DNA of 64,000 bases, taken from assembly GCA_963817525.1 (NCBI GenBank), contig CAWFOU010000001.1, forward strand, positions 640,001 to 704,000. The letters are read 5' to 3'. The DNA is from an uncultured archaeon (lineage in GTDB: Archaea > Thermoproteota > Nitrososphaeria > Nitrososphaerales > Gagatemarchaeaceae). Each line of letters begins with the position of its first letter. The stretch's first letter is position 1. The translations under genes and the position numbers were made by a program. This document shows positions 38,538 through 48,473 of this stretch, in pieces. The notes beneath the pieces are model-generated. The model saw nothing but the letters and a program-made list of their open reading frames with translations, was not told the origin of the DNA and made no database searches.

Positions 38538-39643
38538 ACTGGCGCCCCCTCCACCGCAGCGACCACGGCCTCTTGGGCCGTCCGGAAGACCTTGATCCCG
38601 GACCCCTCGAGCAGCGCGTGGGCTTCGGCCTCCTCCGCGCCGCTTATCCTGGCGAAGACGGGCGCCATGAGCCGCTCGGAGACGACCTCCTTCAGCCCCT
38701 CGGCGACGTCGGTGGTGCGTGTTATCCCCCCGAATATGTTGACAAGGATGGCGCTGGCCGTCGGGAGCCCGCGCACCAGCCTCAGGGCCGCCTCCACCCT
38801 CTCGCGCTGCGCGCCTCCCCCCAGGTCTAGGAAGCAGGCGGCCCTCCCGCCGGCGTCAGCCACTAGGTCGAGGGTCGAGAGCACGAGCCCAGCCCCGTTC
38901 CCCACGACCGCGACATTCCCGTCGAGCTTGACAAAGGCGAATCCCATCTTGGCGGCCTCCCCCTCGAGGGGGTCCTCCGGGGGGAGCTGAGAGAACTCCG
39001 GGTGGCGGAAGAGCGCATTGTCGTCGAGGACGACCTTCGAGTCCAGCGCGATGAGGCTTCCGTCGGCGTGCACGGCGAGGGGGTTGATCTCAGCGAGCTC
39101 GCACTCCTCCTCGCGGGACAGCCTCTCGAGCTTGAGGAGTATAGAGCGGAACTCCAAAGAGGTCCTGCCTTGGAGGCCGAGCTTAGCGCCCAGAGCCGAG
39201 GCCCCGTCCTCCGTGAGGCCTTCGAGGGGGATGGGCACCTCAACCGTCGCCCCCCTGGACTGGGCTTCAACCTCGGTCCCGCCGGCCTTCGACCCGAGGG
39301 CGACGAACTCGCGGCGGCCCCGATTCAGGGAGACGGAGAGATACATCTCCTCCACGTGGTCCGAGGGCTCCTCCACAAGGAGTGCCCCCGTGGGCTCGCC
39401 GCCGATATTCAACCCGAGGATCCGCTTCGCTTCGCTCCTCGCCTCGTCCAGCGTCCTGACGATGACGACGCCGCCGGCCTTGCCCCTCCCCCCTGAGAGG
39501 ACTTGCGCCTTGATGACGGTCGGGAGCCCCAGCTCCGCCGCGGCCGACGCCGCCCCAGACTCATCGTGGACGAGCTTGGAGCGGGGGACGGGGATGCCGT
39601 ACTTCGAGAAGAGTTCCTTGCCCTCGTACTCGAAGAGCCTCAT
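38534..39643 (-). CDS. sucC: Succinyl-CoA synthetase beta subunit
   Basis: LFEYEGK, GGRGKAGGV, EINPL, GNGAGL, FLDLGGGA, NIFGGI. Confidence 0.95.
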   Translation of the reverse strand: MRLFEYEGKELFSKYGIPVPRSKLVHDESGAASAAAELGLPTVIKAQVLSGGRGKAGGVVIVRTLDEARSEAKRILGLNIGGEPTGALLVEEPSDHVEEMYLSVSLNRGRREFVALGSKAGGTEVEAQSRGATVEVPIPLEGLTEDGASALGAKLGLQGRTSLEFRSILLKLERLSREEECELAEINPLAVHADGSLIALDSKVVLDDNALFRHPEFSQLPPEDPLEGEAAKMGFAFVKLDGNVAVVGNGAGLVLSTLDLVADAGGRAACFLDLGGGAQRERVEAALRLVRGLPTASAILVNIFGGITRTTDVAEGLKEVVSERLMAPVFARISGAEEAEAHALLEGSGIKVFRTAQEAVVAAVEGAPV

Positions 39644-39819
39644 GACCGGTCCGGCACGAAGGAGCGATCTCGGATAAACCTAGCCCCGACTCACCTCTTC
39701 AGCTCCGACCACCCGCATGCCGTTTTCGACGCGTTTAGTATTTCTGCGCCCATCTACTATAGAGACGACAATACCGACATTTTTATATCAGCGAGAAGAG
39801 TGGTTTTCTGAAGCTGGTC

Positions 39820-40350
39820 TTGCCACTCAGGATACCGATATGCGCCTTCGATGCGAAGACGGGTATCCTCTGCGCCAAATGTCAGGCGAAGCTCAGCTCG
39901 GGCCAGATATCGAACTCCGACATCGTCGTCTCAAAGGCGCTGGTCAAGCTCGCAGAGTCGACCTCTGAGCTGAACAAGGCGGGCCTCCTGAGGTCCTACG
40001 AGGTCGAGGGTAACTACGTCCTTGAGATGGAGCAGGCGGACGCGGCATTGGTGAGGTCCAAGCCCGAGATAAAGCAGAAGCTCGAGGACATGCTAAAGGG
40101 CAAGGTCTGGGTGATTGGGACGTCCAACTCCGACAGGCGCTTTCTCGAGGAGCTGTTCTACCCCATCCGGATCCTTACGGTGAACACGGTCTGGCTGCCC
40201 GACGGGAGCAAGCTCACGAAGGTGATAATCCCGGGAAGGAGGCCGGAGAGGCTCCGCGGGGAGATAGAGGTCCTCAAGAAGATAGTGAAGCAAGTGAAGG
40301 GCATAGAGCTCCTCGTCGAGTCCGAGCGAGAAGCCACGCTCAGGATGTAG
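39820..40350 (+). CDS. Archaeal NusA-like KH protein with N-terminal Zn-finger-like segment
   Basis: PICAFDAKTGILCAKC, LFYPIRILTVNTVWLPDGS; TTTTATAT promoter near 39780. Confidence 0.75.
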   Translation: MPLRIPICAFDAKTGILCAKCQAKLSSGQISNSDIVVSKALVKLAESTSELNKAGLLRSYEVEGNYVLEMEQADAALVRSKPEIKQKLEDMLKGKVWVIGTSNSDRRFLEELFYPIRILTVNTVWLPDGSKLTKVIIPGRRPERLRGEIEVLKKIVKQVKGIELLVESEREATLRM

Positions 40351-40425
40351 GCGGGACTCTCCGGGAATCGAGCACACGCGACGCCGGCAGAGAGCGGGCC
40401 AAGATTTAGAAACCGCGCCAGTCTG

Positions 40426-40785
40426 ATGCAGGTTGTGGAGTTCAGGCGAGACGAGGGGGATGGCGGCGCCGCGCAGCGGTGGATCGATGACAACCTGCCG
40501 AGGTGCCCGTTGTGCAAGACGCAGTCACTATGGGAGTTTGCAGAGGAGGTGGACCAGCAGGCCCTGACGAGGTGGGTGTTCAGGTGCCCCAACTGCAAGG
40601 GGGTGCTGTCCGTCATCCCCGACTCGAACGCTTCGGCGCGTTCCTTCCCGGTCCCCGCCGTGAAGGTGGCAGTCACCAAGGACGTCCGCATCGAGAGCGT
40701 CGAGAGGAAGGAGGACGAAGACTTCGTGGGGCAGGAGTTCCCGCTGGCCGAGCTGCAGGAGTGGGCCAGCGAGGACGAGAGCTAG
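40426..40785 (+). CDS. Zinc-ribbon hypothetical protein
   Basis: CPLC...CPNC; host-like codon use; TTTAGA box about 20 nt upstream. Confidence 0.65.
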   Translation: MQVVEFRRDEGDGGAAQRWIDDNLPRCPLCKTQSLWEFAEEVDQQALTRWVFRCPNCKGVLSVIPDSNASARSFPVPAVKVAVTKDVRIESVERKEDEDFVGQEFPLAELQEWASEDES

Positions 40786-40826
40786 GACAGACCCGTCTAG
40801 CCTGCCAGAATCGCTCATGGTCGCGG

Positions 40827-42140
40827 CTACGGCTGCAGCCGCTCGGGGTCCCTGGGGAAGAGCGCGGCCTCCTTGACGTTCTCGATGCCGAGTAGGGTGG
40901 CGGTTAGCCTCTCGATGCCCATCGAGAACCCGCCGTGGGGTGGGACCCCGAACCTGAACGGCTCTGAGAACCACATCAAGCCTTCGTGGTCCAGGCCCTT
41001 CTCTGAGATCTGAGCGACAAGCCGGTCGTGCCTGTTCTCCCTCTGGCCGCCCGAGGAGAGCTCGAGCCCCCTGAACACCATGTCCACCGAGCGCGCGAAC
41101 TCTGGCTCCGAGTCGACCCGCATCACGTAGAACGGCTTGACGGAGGAGGGGAAGCGGTTGACGAAGAAGTAGTCGGAGCCGAACTCGCTCTTGACGTACT
41201 CGGTGAGGAGCTTCTCCGACTCGCGGTCGAGGTCCCTCTCCCTCGGGAGCGGGTGACCGAGCTTCTCCAGCGTGTCGTAGACCTCGGGGAAGGCGAGCTC
41301 GGGGAACGGGGTGCGCGGCTGCTCGAGCGAGACCTTGCGCAGGTCCAGCTCCTTCTGGCACTTTTCGTTGGCGCGCCTTATCCCGCTTACCAGCATGGCC
41401 TCCTCCACCCTCATGGTGTCCCTCTCGTCCCCGATGAACGAGAGCTCCGGCGCTATGGTCCTGTGCTCGCTCATGTGCCGCGGCGTGTGGGAGAGCTCGG
41501 CCCTCCAGCTTGGCCCGAGGTCATAGACATTCCCGAGCCCCCCGGCGATCGCAAGCTGGCGGTGGAGCTGCGGGTCCTGCCTCAGGAAGGCGGGCTTGCC
41601 GTAGTAGTCCGTCTTGAATACCTCGGAGCCGCCCTCGGAGACGCCCCCGAGTATGCTTGGGGTGAAGATGCGCAGGAACCCCCTCGAGCGGAGGTACGTC
41701 TCCATCCCCTCCACAAGCGCGTCCTGGACGCGGAAGATGGCCTGCACCTCCGGCCTTCTCAGGTCCAGGGTCCTCCAGTTCAGCCGGGTGTCGATGTTGG
41801 CGTCGGTAACTCCCCTCGGGTCGAGGGGGAGGGGCGTCGCCGAGGCGCTCAGGACCTCTATCTTCTCAGGGATGATCTCGAAGCCGTTCCTCGCGACCTT
41901 GGCCTCCTTGACAGTGCCCGTGACGCGGACGACGTCCTCGGGGTGGAGTGCCGCGACCTGGCGTGCGACCTCCTCGGGGACAGCCTTCTTGGGGGCGGTC
42001 ACCTGGATGATCCCCTCGCTGCTCCTGACCAGGATGAAGCTGATGCCGCCTAGGAGCCTGACGTCGTGCACCCAGCCGCTGACGACGATCTTCTCGCCCA
42101 CCTTCTTCGCTATGGCCTCCGGCGGGAGGGTCTCTTCCAA
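40827..42140 (-). CDS. aspS: Aspartyl-tRNA synthetase, archaeal type
   Basis: OB fold GWVHDVR, motif 2 WRAELSHTPRHMSE, motif 3 PPHGGFSMGIERL, FPRD. Confidence 0.95.
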   Translation of the reverse strand: MEETLPPEAIAKKVGEKIVVSGWVHDVRLLGGISFILVRSSEGIIQVTAPKKAVPEEVARQVAALHPEDVVRVTGTVKEAKVARNGFEIIPEKIEVLSASATPLPLDPRGVTDANIDTRLNWRTLDLRRPEVQAIFRVQDALVEGMETYLRSRGFLRIFTPSILGGVSEGGSEVFKTDYYGKPAFLRQDPQLHRQLAIAGGLGNVYDLGPSWRAELSHTPRHMSEHRTIAPELSFIGDERDTMRVEEAMLVSGIRRANEKCQKELDLRKVSLEQPRTPFPELAFPEVYDTLEKLGHPLPRERDLDRESEKLLTEYVKSEFGSDYFFVNRFPSSVKPFYVMRVDSEPEFARSVDMVFRGLELSSGGQRENRHDRLVAQISEKGLDHEGLMWFSEPFRFGVPPHGGFSMGIERLTATLLGIENVKEAALFPRDPERLQP

Positions 42141-42238
42141 GGCGTGTCGGTCCCCCTTTCAGCGCCTTAAGAATTTCGAGGATGAGGCCAATCGGCGGGA
42201 ATTCGCCGTTGGAACCCCTCGGCATGTTTGATAGGATG

Positions 42239-44620
42239 TCACAGCGCTTTGTATTGTTCTGCCCAGTTCGAGTAGGCGCGCAGCATGTCGGGGGAGACGC
42301 TCGGCTTGCGGGACTTCATTATCTCCTTAAAGTCCGTCATCACGATGGGCCTCGGCTGGACGCTCTTGTCCAGGGCCTTGCCCGTCTCGAAGAGCTCCCG
42401 GACGACGCGGAGCTGGCCGCCCTGGCAGATGTCCCTGATGTCTGAGCCCGAGTACCCTTCGGAGATCCTCGAGAGGTCCTCGAGGCTGATGCCCTGGTCC
42501 ACGTTGATCGGCGCGGTGTAGTTCTTGAACATGGACATCCTGCCGTCGAAGTTCGGGAGGGGGATGTAAATCCTCTTCTGGAACCTGCGAAGGAAGGGCC
42601 AGTCGAGCGACCACGGCTTGTTCGTCGCCCCCACGGTGTAGAGGTGGACGTCGTTCCCCTTGTCCTGGATCCCGTCCATCTCCTTGAGGAACTGGTTCCT
42701 CACCCTGGTCTCCCCGCCGACCTCGTTCGTCCGGCTGCCCAGGATCGAGTCGAGCTCGTCGATGAAGATTATCACGGGGCTCCCCTTGTCCAGGAGCTTC
42801 CTCGCCTCCGTGAACAGCTTCGAGACGTTCTTCTCGGCCTCCCCCAGCCACTTGCTCATTATCGAGGCGGCGTCGATCGAGATGAAGTACCCGTCAATCT
42901 CCGCGGCGGTGGCGGCGGCGAGCATGGTCTTCCCGCAGTTGCCACACCATACAGCCTTTCCGTTGCGTCGCACGTACACGATGTGGTTCTGGACAGTGAC
43001 GCACCATACCGTCCCTGAGTAGTCTTCCCAGTTCTCTATGTTTGGCTTGTCGACTCTTGTTTCCCCTCTACGATAGAGAATGCTCAGCCTGTAGTTCGTT
43101 GCTGTTCGAGTTATCGTCCGTTCGTGCCCGTCATTATCGATTATCACAGCCGTGGAACCTGGTTCCACGTGTACGACGTAGTTGCACTCGAGACCTGCCT
43201 TCAGCGACATCTCCATCAGATCGTCCCTGAGTCGTGGGGAAGACGTCTGGCACCGTACCCGGGTAGAACCCACTTCGGCGTCTTCGACCTCATGCGTCCC
43301 GTCACCCCTCGCATAATATTCCAGAATGTTCCGCAGAAGGGAGGGAGGTAGATCTTTGATTTCGTCTGGGACGAATTTTGTGTACTTGTCGCCAATCGGG
43401 CGGAGGAGCTCATAAAGCTGCTTGTTTAGGACAGTTACGCGTCCGTCTGACGAGTAGTGCGGATTCAGCCCCCACCTCTTGAAGCTGTCGTACGCAAACT
43501 GGAGAAGTGTCTGGTCCAGGTTCCTGATTCCGACGTGGTAGTTCCCCTCGCTAAATGCCGTGTAACCCTCCGCCAGCCAGAGCCCAAAGAACGGGGCCCA
43601 TTCTGACATGGGAATCCTGATTTCTTGATGCATTGGCCCGCTCCCCGATAGCCGCTGAGGCAGAACGATATACTCCCTATCAACGCCGTGCCAGATTGCG
43701 TCTTTCTTGTAGTAGGGGTAGGTCGTCTTATTGTGCTGCCCATACACCTCACGCGGAAGCGCGAAGCCGTATTTCACTTTCCCTTGCTGTATCTTTTTCC
43801 CGACCCAGAGATTATGGTCAGGAGTAACCATCAGGCTAACCTGAGTCGAAGCAAGCCGATACATTTTCCCATCGTAGTGATACTGGATTTTTCTTTCGAT
43901 TGGGTGATACTCGAGCTCATTCGTATCTGGGTTGAGCGTTGCCACTACCTCGTCATCGGCTAGCTCGGTGTATTTCTTCCACCCCTTTTTGGTCAGAATC
44001 TCTGTCTGCTCGTCGTAGCATCCAGGCGGCCCATAGAGGAGGATCCCGCGGGCCCACCCGAGGGGGAACAGGTCGGGCCTCTCGAACGGGAAGACGATCG
44101 ACTCCCTTATCGCCCTCTTGGCGTCGTCGAGCCCGATCACGTCGTCCCACTTCACGTTGGGCTTTTCCCTGATGACGAGCTCGTTGAACGAGGCCTTTAG
44201 CTGCGGGACCATCTGCGGGCCCCTCCCCGCGGCGTTCGCGTTGGGCCTGTCGCCATGGCCTCCGAGCACCGTGCCGGTGGGGGACTCGGCCTCGGCGCGG
44301 GCGCTACCGTTCCCGTTGCCGTTGCCCCCGCCGGGTCCGATTATCGAGAAGTTCGAGCTCTCCTGAGGGGCGTCCTGGGGGACGAGGCCGTGCGCCTGCT
44401 GGATGGCCTTCACGCGCTCCTGGTAGATGGCGGCCTTGTCCATGTAGTGCCTGTTGAGCTTGTAGTCGGGGTAGAGCCTCACGAGCTTGATCAGCGTGGA
44501 GATTGCCTTCTGGTAGCTCTGGATGGCCATGCCGTGGGCCCCCTGGGAGTCGAGGCGTATCGCCTCGCCGGCGTATTTTCTGGCGTCTTCCTCAAGCTCT
44601 CTAGCGGCCACGACGCTCAT
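42239..44620 (-). CDS. cdvC: CdvC/Vps4 AAA ATPase with an in-frame intein (432 aa after splicing)
   Basis: N-terminal MIT domain, [12 protein letters not shown], split Walker A GPPG|[31 protein letters not shown]; adjacent ESCRT-III genes. Confidence 0.93.
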   Translation of the reverse strand: MSVVAARELEEDARKYAGEAIRLDSQGAHGMAIQSYQKAISTLIKLVRLYPDYKLNRHYMDKAAIYQERVKAIQQAHGLVPQDAPQESSNFSIIGPGGGNGNGNGSARAEAESPTGTVLGGHGDRPNANAAGRGPQMVPQLKASFNELVIREKPNVKWDDVIGLDDAKRAIRESIVFPFERPDLFPLGWARGILLYGPPGCYDEQTEILTKKGWKKYTELADDEVVATLNPDTNELEYHPIERKIQYHYDGKMYRLASTQVSLMVTPDHNLWVGKKIQQGKVKYGFALPREVYGQHNKTTYPYYKKDAIWHGVDREYIVLPQRLSGSGPMHQEIRIPMSEWAPFFGLWLAEGYTAFSEGNYHVGIRNLDQTLLQFAYDSFKRWGLNPHYSSDGRVTVLNKQLYELLRPIGDKYTKFVPDEIKDLPPSLLRNILEYYARGDGTHEVEDAEVGSTRVRCQTSSPRLRDDLMEMSLKAGLECNYVVHVEPGSTAVIIDNDGHERTITRTATNYRLSILYRRGETRVDKPNIENWEDYSGTVWCVTVQNHIVYVRRNGKAVWCGNCGKTMLAAATAAEIDGYFISIDAASIMSKWLGEAEKNVSKLFTEARKLLDKGSPVIIFIDELDSILGSRTNEVGGETRVRNQFLKEMDGIQDKGNDVHLYTVGATNKPWSLDWPFLRRFQKRIYIPLPNFDGRMSMFKNYTAPINVDQGISLEDLSRISEGYSGSDIRDICQGGQLRVVRELFETGKALDKSVQPRPIVMTDFKEIMKSRKPSVSPDMLRAYSNWAEQYKAL
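42938..44020 (-). mobile_element. Intein with LAGLIDADG homing endonuclease (361 aa)
   Basis: Starts [10 protein letters not shown], block B VTPDHNLW, motifs FFGLWLAEG and YYARGDG, ends [16 protein letters not shown] followed by Cys; 1083 nt; lower GC than the exteins. Confidence 0.93.
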
Positions 44621-45480
44621 CTCGACTCACCACTCCTACCTGGCCCCGGTTTAACTTTACCCTGCGCGACCAAGTGTATCATGGACTGCTCGACCTGGTC
44701 CTGGGGGATCCCGAGCTGCTGGGCGGTCCTCGTGACGTCCATCACGCCCTCGTGGGACGCCGCGTACCTGAGCACCTCATAGTCGATCTTCTCGTCGCTG
44801 GGCGAGGAATATATCGTCCCCAGCACCGAGTTCTCCTCCGCCTCGTCGCCCGTCGCCAGGAGGGGGGTATGGTCTTCGGCGCCCCGGAGGACCTCCTCCT
44901 CGAACTTGCCCGGCATCACGTTGAGGCTGTCCCTCATGCGGGCGGACTCTTGCTCCGCGAACTTCCTCGCCTGCTCCACGAGCTCCTCCGAGTTCTCCGT
45001 CCTTATGTCGATGTTGATGTTAGGGGAGATCTGCCCCATCTGCGCCATGGTCTCCACGAGCGTGCTGTTGATTCCGGTCGAGGCCGCGTCGAGGGCGGGG
45101 ATGACGCCCTGCATCTCCTTGCTGACCAGCTTCAGCGACCTGAACGCCGTGTCCATGTGGAACATCGCGTCCCCGATCTCGGTGATGCTCTGCAGTCGAA
45201 GCGTTACCTGAGTGAGAGCGAGCTCGCTCGCCTCTACGACCCTGGAGACCTTGCGCACCTCCGCGTGCTCGGTTGCATAGACCGCCGCCCTCGCCTGGTT
45301 CCTCTCCTTGAGTGCCTGGACCGTCGTCTCGAAGAGCTTCTGCCTCCTCTGGGCCAGGCGCGCCTTTAGCGCGTCGAGCTCTTTGCGCTGCGCCTCGATG
45401 TCGCGGAGCGCGACGGCGATCCTCCCCTTGTAGTCGCCGCCCTTCCCCCGCCTGAATATCCGCAGGGACTCGGAGGCCAT
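44617..45480 (-). CDS. cdvB: ESCRT-III (CdvB-like) with C-terminal winged-helix domain
   Basis: Snf7-type core ([13 protein letters not shown]...[16 protein letters not shown]) and wH tail ([15 protein letters not shown]...LVAQGKV); overlaps the cdvC start. Alternative start at 45540. Confidence 0.8.
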   Translation of the reverse strand: MASESLRIFRRGKGGDYKGRIAVALRDIEAQRKELDALKARLAQRRQKLFETTVQALKERNQARAAVYATEHAEVRKVSRVVEASELALTQVTLRLQSITEIGDAMFHMDTAFRSLKLVSKEMQGVIPALDAASTGINSTLVETMAQMGQISPNINIDIRTENSEELVEQARKFAEQESARMRDSLNVMPGKFEEEVLRGAEDHTPLLATGDEAEENSVLGTIYSSPSDEKIDYEVLRYAASHEGVMDVTRTAQQLGIPQDQVEQSMIHLVAQGKVKPGPGRSGESR

Positions 45481-45675
45481 CACCAGGTGGGCACCGCCCG
45501 GTCCATTGCCCCCGCTAACAAAGGCGCTAGCATGCTCCATGCTCGCGAGCGGGATGCGAAGTAATCATGCCTTTGGTCAACAAAAGGAAACAAACCGCTG
45601 AACAAGCGGCGAATCTTCTCTCTGGTTGTCGTCAATTGGTCGGGCCACTTCTAGAGTTTCGAGCTGAGGTCCACC

Positions 45676-45726
45676 AAAAAAGAGGAGATGAGGGGATGCG
45701 CCCGCTTGCGCGGGTGGGCACCCCTC
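45676..45726 (-). terminator. GCAA-capped hairpin plus T-tract after the upstream ESCRT-III gene
   Basis: Minus strand GAGGGGTGCCCACCCGC-GCAA-GCGGGCGCATCCCCTC, then TTTTTT about 8 nt later. Confidence 0.55.
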
Positions 45727-45748
45727 TCGGTTTCCATTCCTGAGTCCT

Positions 45749-46396
45749 TTACGATGTGCTTTCCGTCGAGCCTTCCATCGAGGGGAGCCCAGAGGGAATC
45801 TCTGGGAACTTCTCCTTCATCCTGCTTTCGGCGACCGCTGCGGCCTCTGCAAGGACCTTCTCGGCGTCCTCGTTGGCAGCCTCGAAGTTCAGCGAGTACC
45901 CGCCCACCGTGCCCGCATCCACCAGGATGCTGCTCAGCAGGCCTGATATCTCTCCGATCTCGCCTTCTGCCTCCGGAAGGACGCTTACGAGCCCTTGCCT
46001 GACGCTGCGAATCACTGACATTGCAGGGGTGAGGGTCACCACGATGTCGCCTAGCTCGGTCACGGTGTTGAGCCTCAGGGTTATCTGCTCGAGAGCCAGT
46101 TTGGCCTGTGTGACCATCCTGTTCATCTTCCTGATCTCTGCGAGTTCGTTCGCATAGACCGAAGCATGCTGCGAGTCATGCTTCTGGATGGATGACACGA
46201 TCTTGTTGAAGATCGAGGCGTCTCTTTCCCTGAGCTTTGCTGACGTTGCATCGAGTTTCGCGACTTGCACCTGAATCTGCCGTACTGCCAGGTCTAGCCT
46301 CGGCTTGAGGGGACCAGGGTTCCGAACAGAATCACGTACTCGTGACGTGACTCCGGCATTGTTTGACTTCTCCCACTTGCTTGCGAATTGGGACAT
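45749..46396 (-). CDS. ESCRT-III / Snf7 paralog (CdvB1/B2-like, no wH domain)
   Basis: PLKPRL...ASVYANELAEIRK...LEQITLRLNTVTELGD; Pro-rich MIM2-like tail FPEIPSGLP. Confidence 0.88.
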   Translation of the reverse strand: MSQFASKWEKSNNAGVTSRVRDSVRNPGPLKPRLDLAVRQIQVQVAKLDATSAKLRERDASIFNKIVSSIQKHDSQHASVYANELAEIRKMNRMVTQAKLALEQITLRLNTVTELGDIVVTLTPAMSVIRSVRQGLVSVLPEAEGEIGEISGLLSSILVDAGTVGGYSLNFEAANEDAEKVLAEAAAVAESRMKEKFPEIPSGLPSMEGSTESTS

Positions 46397-46503
46397 ATTG
46401 ACTCGCTGGTTAGAGGTTGATGACCAGTCTTCTTATGCCGGATGTCACCGAGAAAGTTGTCACCGCGGTGAATAGCATGTCAGTTAATCAGAGAGCCAGG
46501 GGC

Positions 46504-47712
46504 ATGAGCCTCGCGGACGACTCAAGCGAGCTCGTGGCGGGGCTGCAGGGGTTCGGGCTGACGGAGTACGAGTCAAGGGTCTACTACGCGCTCCTCTCCA
46601 ACGGAGCTTGCACGGTCAACCAGATCCAGTACGCATCGGGCGTCCCGAGGACGAAGGTCTATCAGGTCTCCCAGCAGCTCACGCGCAAGGGCCTGCTCAG
46701 GGAGGTCGAGGGCGGGAAGCCCTCGAAGTTCGAGGCCCAGCACCCGGAGGTCCTCCAGTCCATCCTCGTCGAGAAGGAGCGCAAGGTCAGGTCCCTGAGG
46801 AAGTCGATGTCCGCCCTCAGGAAGGTGAGGGAGAAGAACGTCAACCCGGGCGACGTGACCGAGGAGAGGTACCTCTCCCTGGGCTCGCAGAGCCTCCTCA
46901 TGAAGCTCAAGGAGTCGATACTCAAGGCGGAGAAGGAGGTGAAGTGCATCGTGGACAACTGGGGGCTCCACCTCATCCAGGAGTGCATGGAGGAGGTCGA
47001 GAGCGCGTGCAGGCACGACGCGGAGGTGAGGATCGTCTCCTCGCTCACCGAGACCGTCCCCGAGTTCCCGTTCGCGTCCCCGAAGCTCAGGCTGAGGTTC
47101 GGGAGGCACTTCGTCGCGAAGAGCATCTTCGTCATCGACAACTCGGAGCTGATCATCGTGAACAGCCAGACGGGGAGGGGGTACCAGATACTCCTGAGCG
47201 AGCTGAGGAGCGCCATCGGGGAGGAGTTCTTCGAGGGCATCTGGAAGAGCTCTACCAGCAGCAGGGCGGTCTCTTCGCTCCAGCTCGTCGACGGGATCCC
47301 GTTCTTCGTCGACCCCCTGCTCGTGAAGGACCTCTTCATCGAGGCGGTCGCGCGCTCGCTGAAAGACGAGACGACGATAGAGAGCGTGGGAGAGGCCCTC
47401 GTCAGCCTCCTGGAGATGAGGGTCTCGTCGAAGCTGACGCGGCAGCCCCTCGACACCACGGTCAAGTACATGCTGGCCATGATGAGGGAGGAGCTGGGGG
47501 AGGAGGTCACCTCGACCGAGTACGACCCCCTCACCAAGATAGCGAGGATAGAGATGCCGGACAGCCAGGGCGCCGTCCCCGCCTCGGCGTGGTACTTCGC
47601 TCTCACGGGGATGCTCAAGAGGTCAGGGACGGCCAACGAGCTCCTCCAAGTCGCGGCGTTCCCTGAGACGAGGAGCCGCATAGTCCAGAGGCGGTTCGCC
47701 GGCGCGCGGTGA
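46504..47712 (+). CDS. TrmB family transcriptional regulator with extra C-terminal domain
   Basis: FGLTEYESRVYYAL, SGVPRTKVY, effector-like domain with IFVIDN; divergent from the Cdv genes. Confidence 0.85.
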   Translation: MSLADDSSELVAGLQGFGLTEYESRVYYALLSNGACTVNQIQYASGVPRTKVYQVSQQLTRKGLLREVEGGKPSKFEAQHPEVLQSILVEKERKVRSLRKSMSALRKVREKNVNPGDVTEERYLSLGSQSLLMKLKESILKAEKEVKCIVDNWGLHLIQECMEEVESACRHDAEVRIVSSLTETVPEFPFASPKLRLRFGRHFVAKSIFVIDNSELIIVNSQTGRGYQILLSELRSAIGEEFFEGIWKSSTSSRAVSSLQLVDGIPFFVDPLLVKDLFIEAVARSLKDETTIESVGEALVSLLEMRVSSKLTRQPLDTTVKYMLAMMREELGEEVTSTEYDPLTKIARIEMPDSQGAVPASAWYFALTGMLKRSGTANELLQVAAFPETRSRIVQRRFAGAR

Positions 47713-47765
47713 CTTCGGGCAAGAGAACTCTTAGATAGGGAAGAGCGGCAAAGCCGCCGAGCAAA

Positions 47766-48473
47766 GTGACGAGCAGGGACACCGTGCGCGTCGCGTTCAT
47801 CTCTGACGTCCACTCGAACCTCGAGGCTCTCGAGGCCGTCCTCGACGACGTCGGGAATCTCAAGGTCTTCTGCGCAGGGGACATCGTGGGGTACGGGGCA
47901 TCCCCCAACGAGGTCGTGCGCATCCTGCGGGGCGTCGGCGCCACATGTGTGCTGGGCAACCATGACCGCGCCGCTCTCGATGGGGACGCCGGAGAATTCA
48001 ACCCCAGGGCGGCGGTAGCGGCGATGTGGACCTCGCGGCAGCTCACCGACGAGAGCAGGGAGTTCCTCGGCGCGCTCCCCACCCGTGTCACCACGCTGGT
48101 CGGGGGGAAGACGGTCTACATGACCCACGGCTCGCCCGACGACCCGATGTGGGAGTACGTCCGCCCGTCGACCCACTCTGATCTGTTCGACTACTACCTC
48201 GAGAAGGTCCACGCCGACGTGATGGCGCTCGGACACACCCACCTCGCGTTCCAATGGAGGAGCGAGTCGGGCGGGGTGGTGTTCAACCCGGGCTCGGTGG
48301 GACAGCCCCGCAACGGGGACAGGAGGGCGGCCTTCGCGATCCTGAGCGTCGAAGGAGAGGATGTGTTGGTCGAGCCCAGGCTAGTAGAGTACGATGTCGA
48401 GAGGGCCGCGAAGAAGATAATAGAGTCAGGCCTTCCGTCGTCGCTTGCGACCCAGCTTTCCTCCGGCGAGTAG
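47766..48473 (+). CDS. Metallophosphoesterase (YfcE/calcineurin-like)
   Basis: SDVHSN, GDIVGYG, GNHD, HGSP, GHTH, NPGSVGQPR. Confidence 0.92.
   Translation: MTSRDTVRVAFISDVHSNLEALEAVLDDVGNLKVFCAGDIVGYGASPNEVVRILRGVGATCVLGNHDRAALDGDAGEFNPRAAVAAMWTSRQLTDESREFLGALPTRVTTLVGGKTVYMTHGSPDDPMWEYVRPSTHSDLFDYYLEKVHADVMALGHTHLAFQWRSESGGVVFNPGSVGQPRNGDRRAAFAILSVEGEDVLVEPRLVEYDVERAAKKIIESGLPSSLATQLSSGE

Noticed and set aside
47766-48473. Metallophosphoesterase as a Vps29-like partner of the ESCRT genes
   Set aside because: It has a full catalytic motif set typical of widespread YfcE-like phosphoesterases; proximity alone is insufficient.
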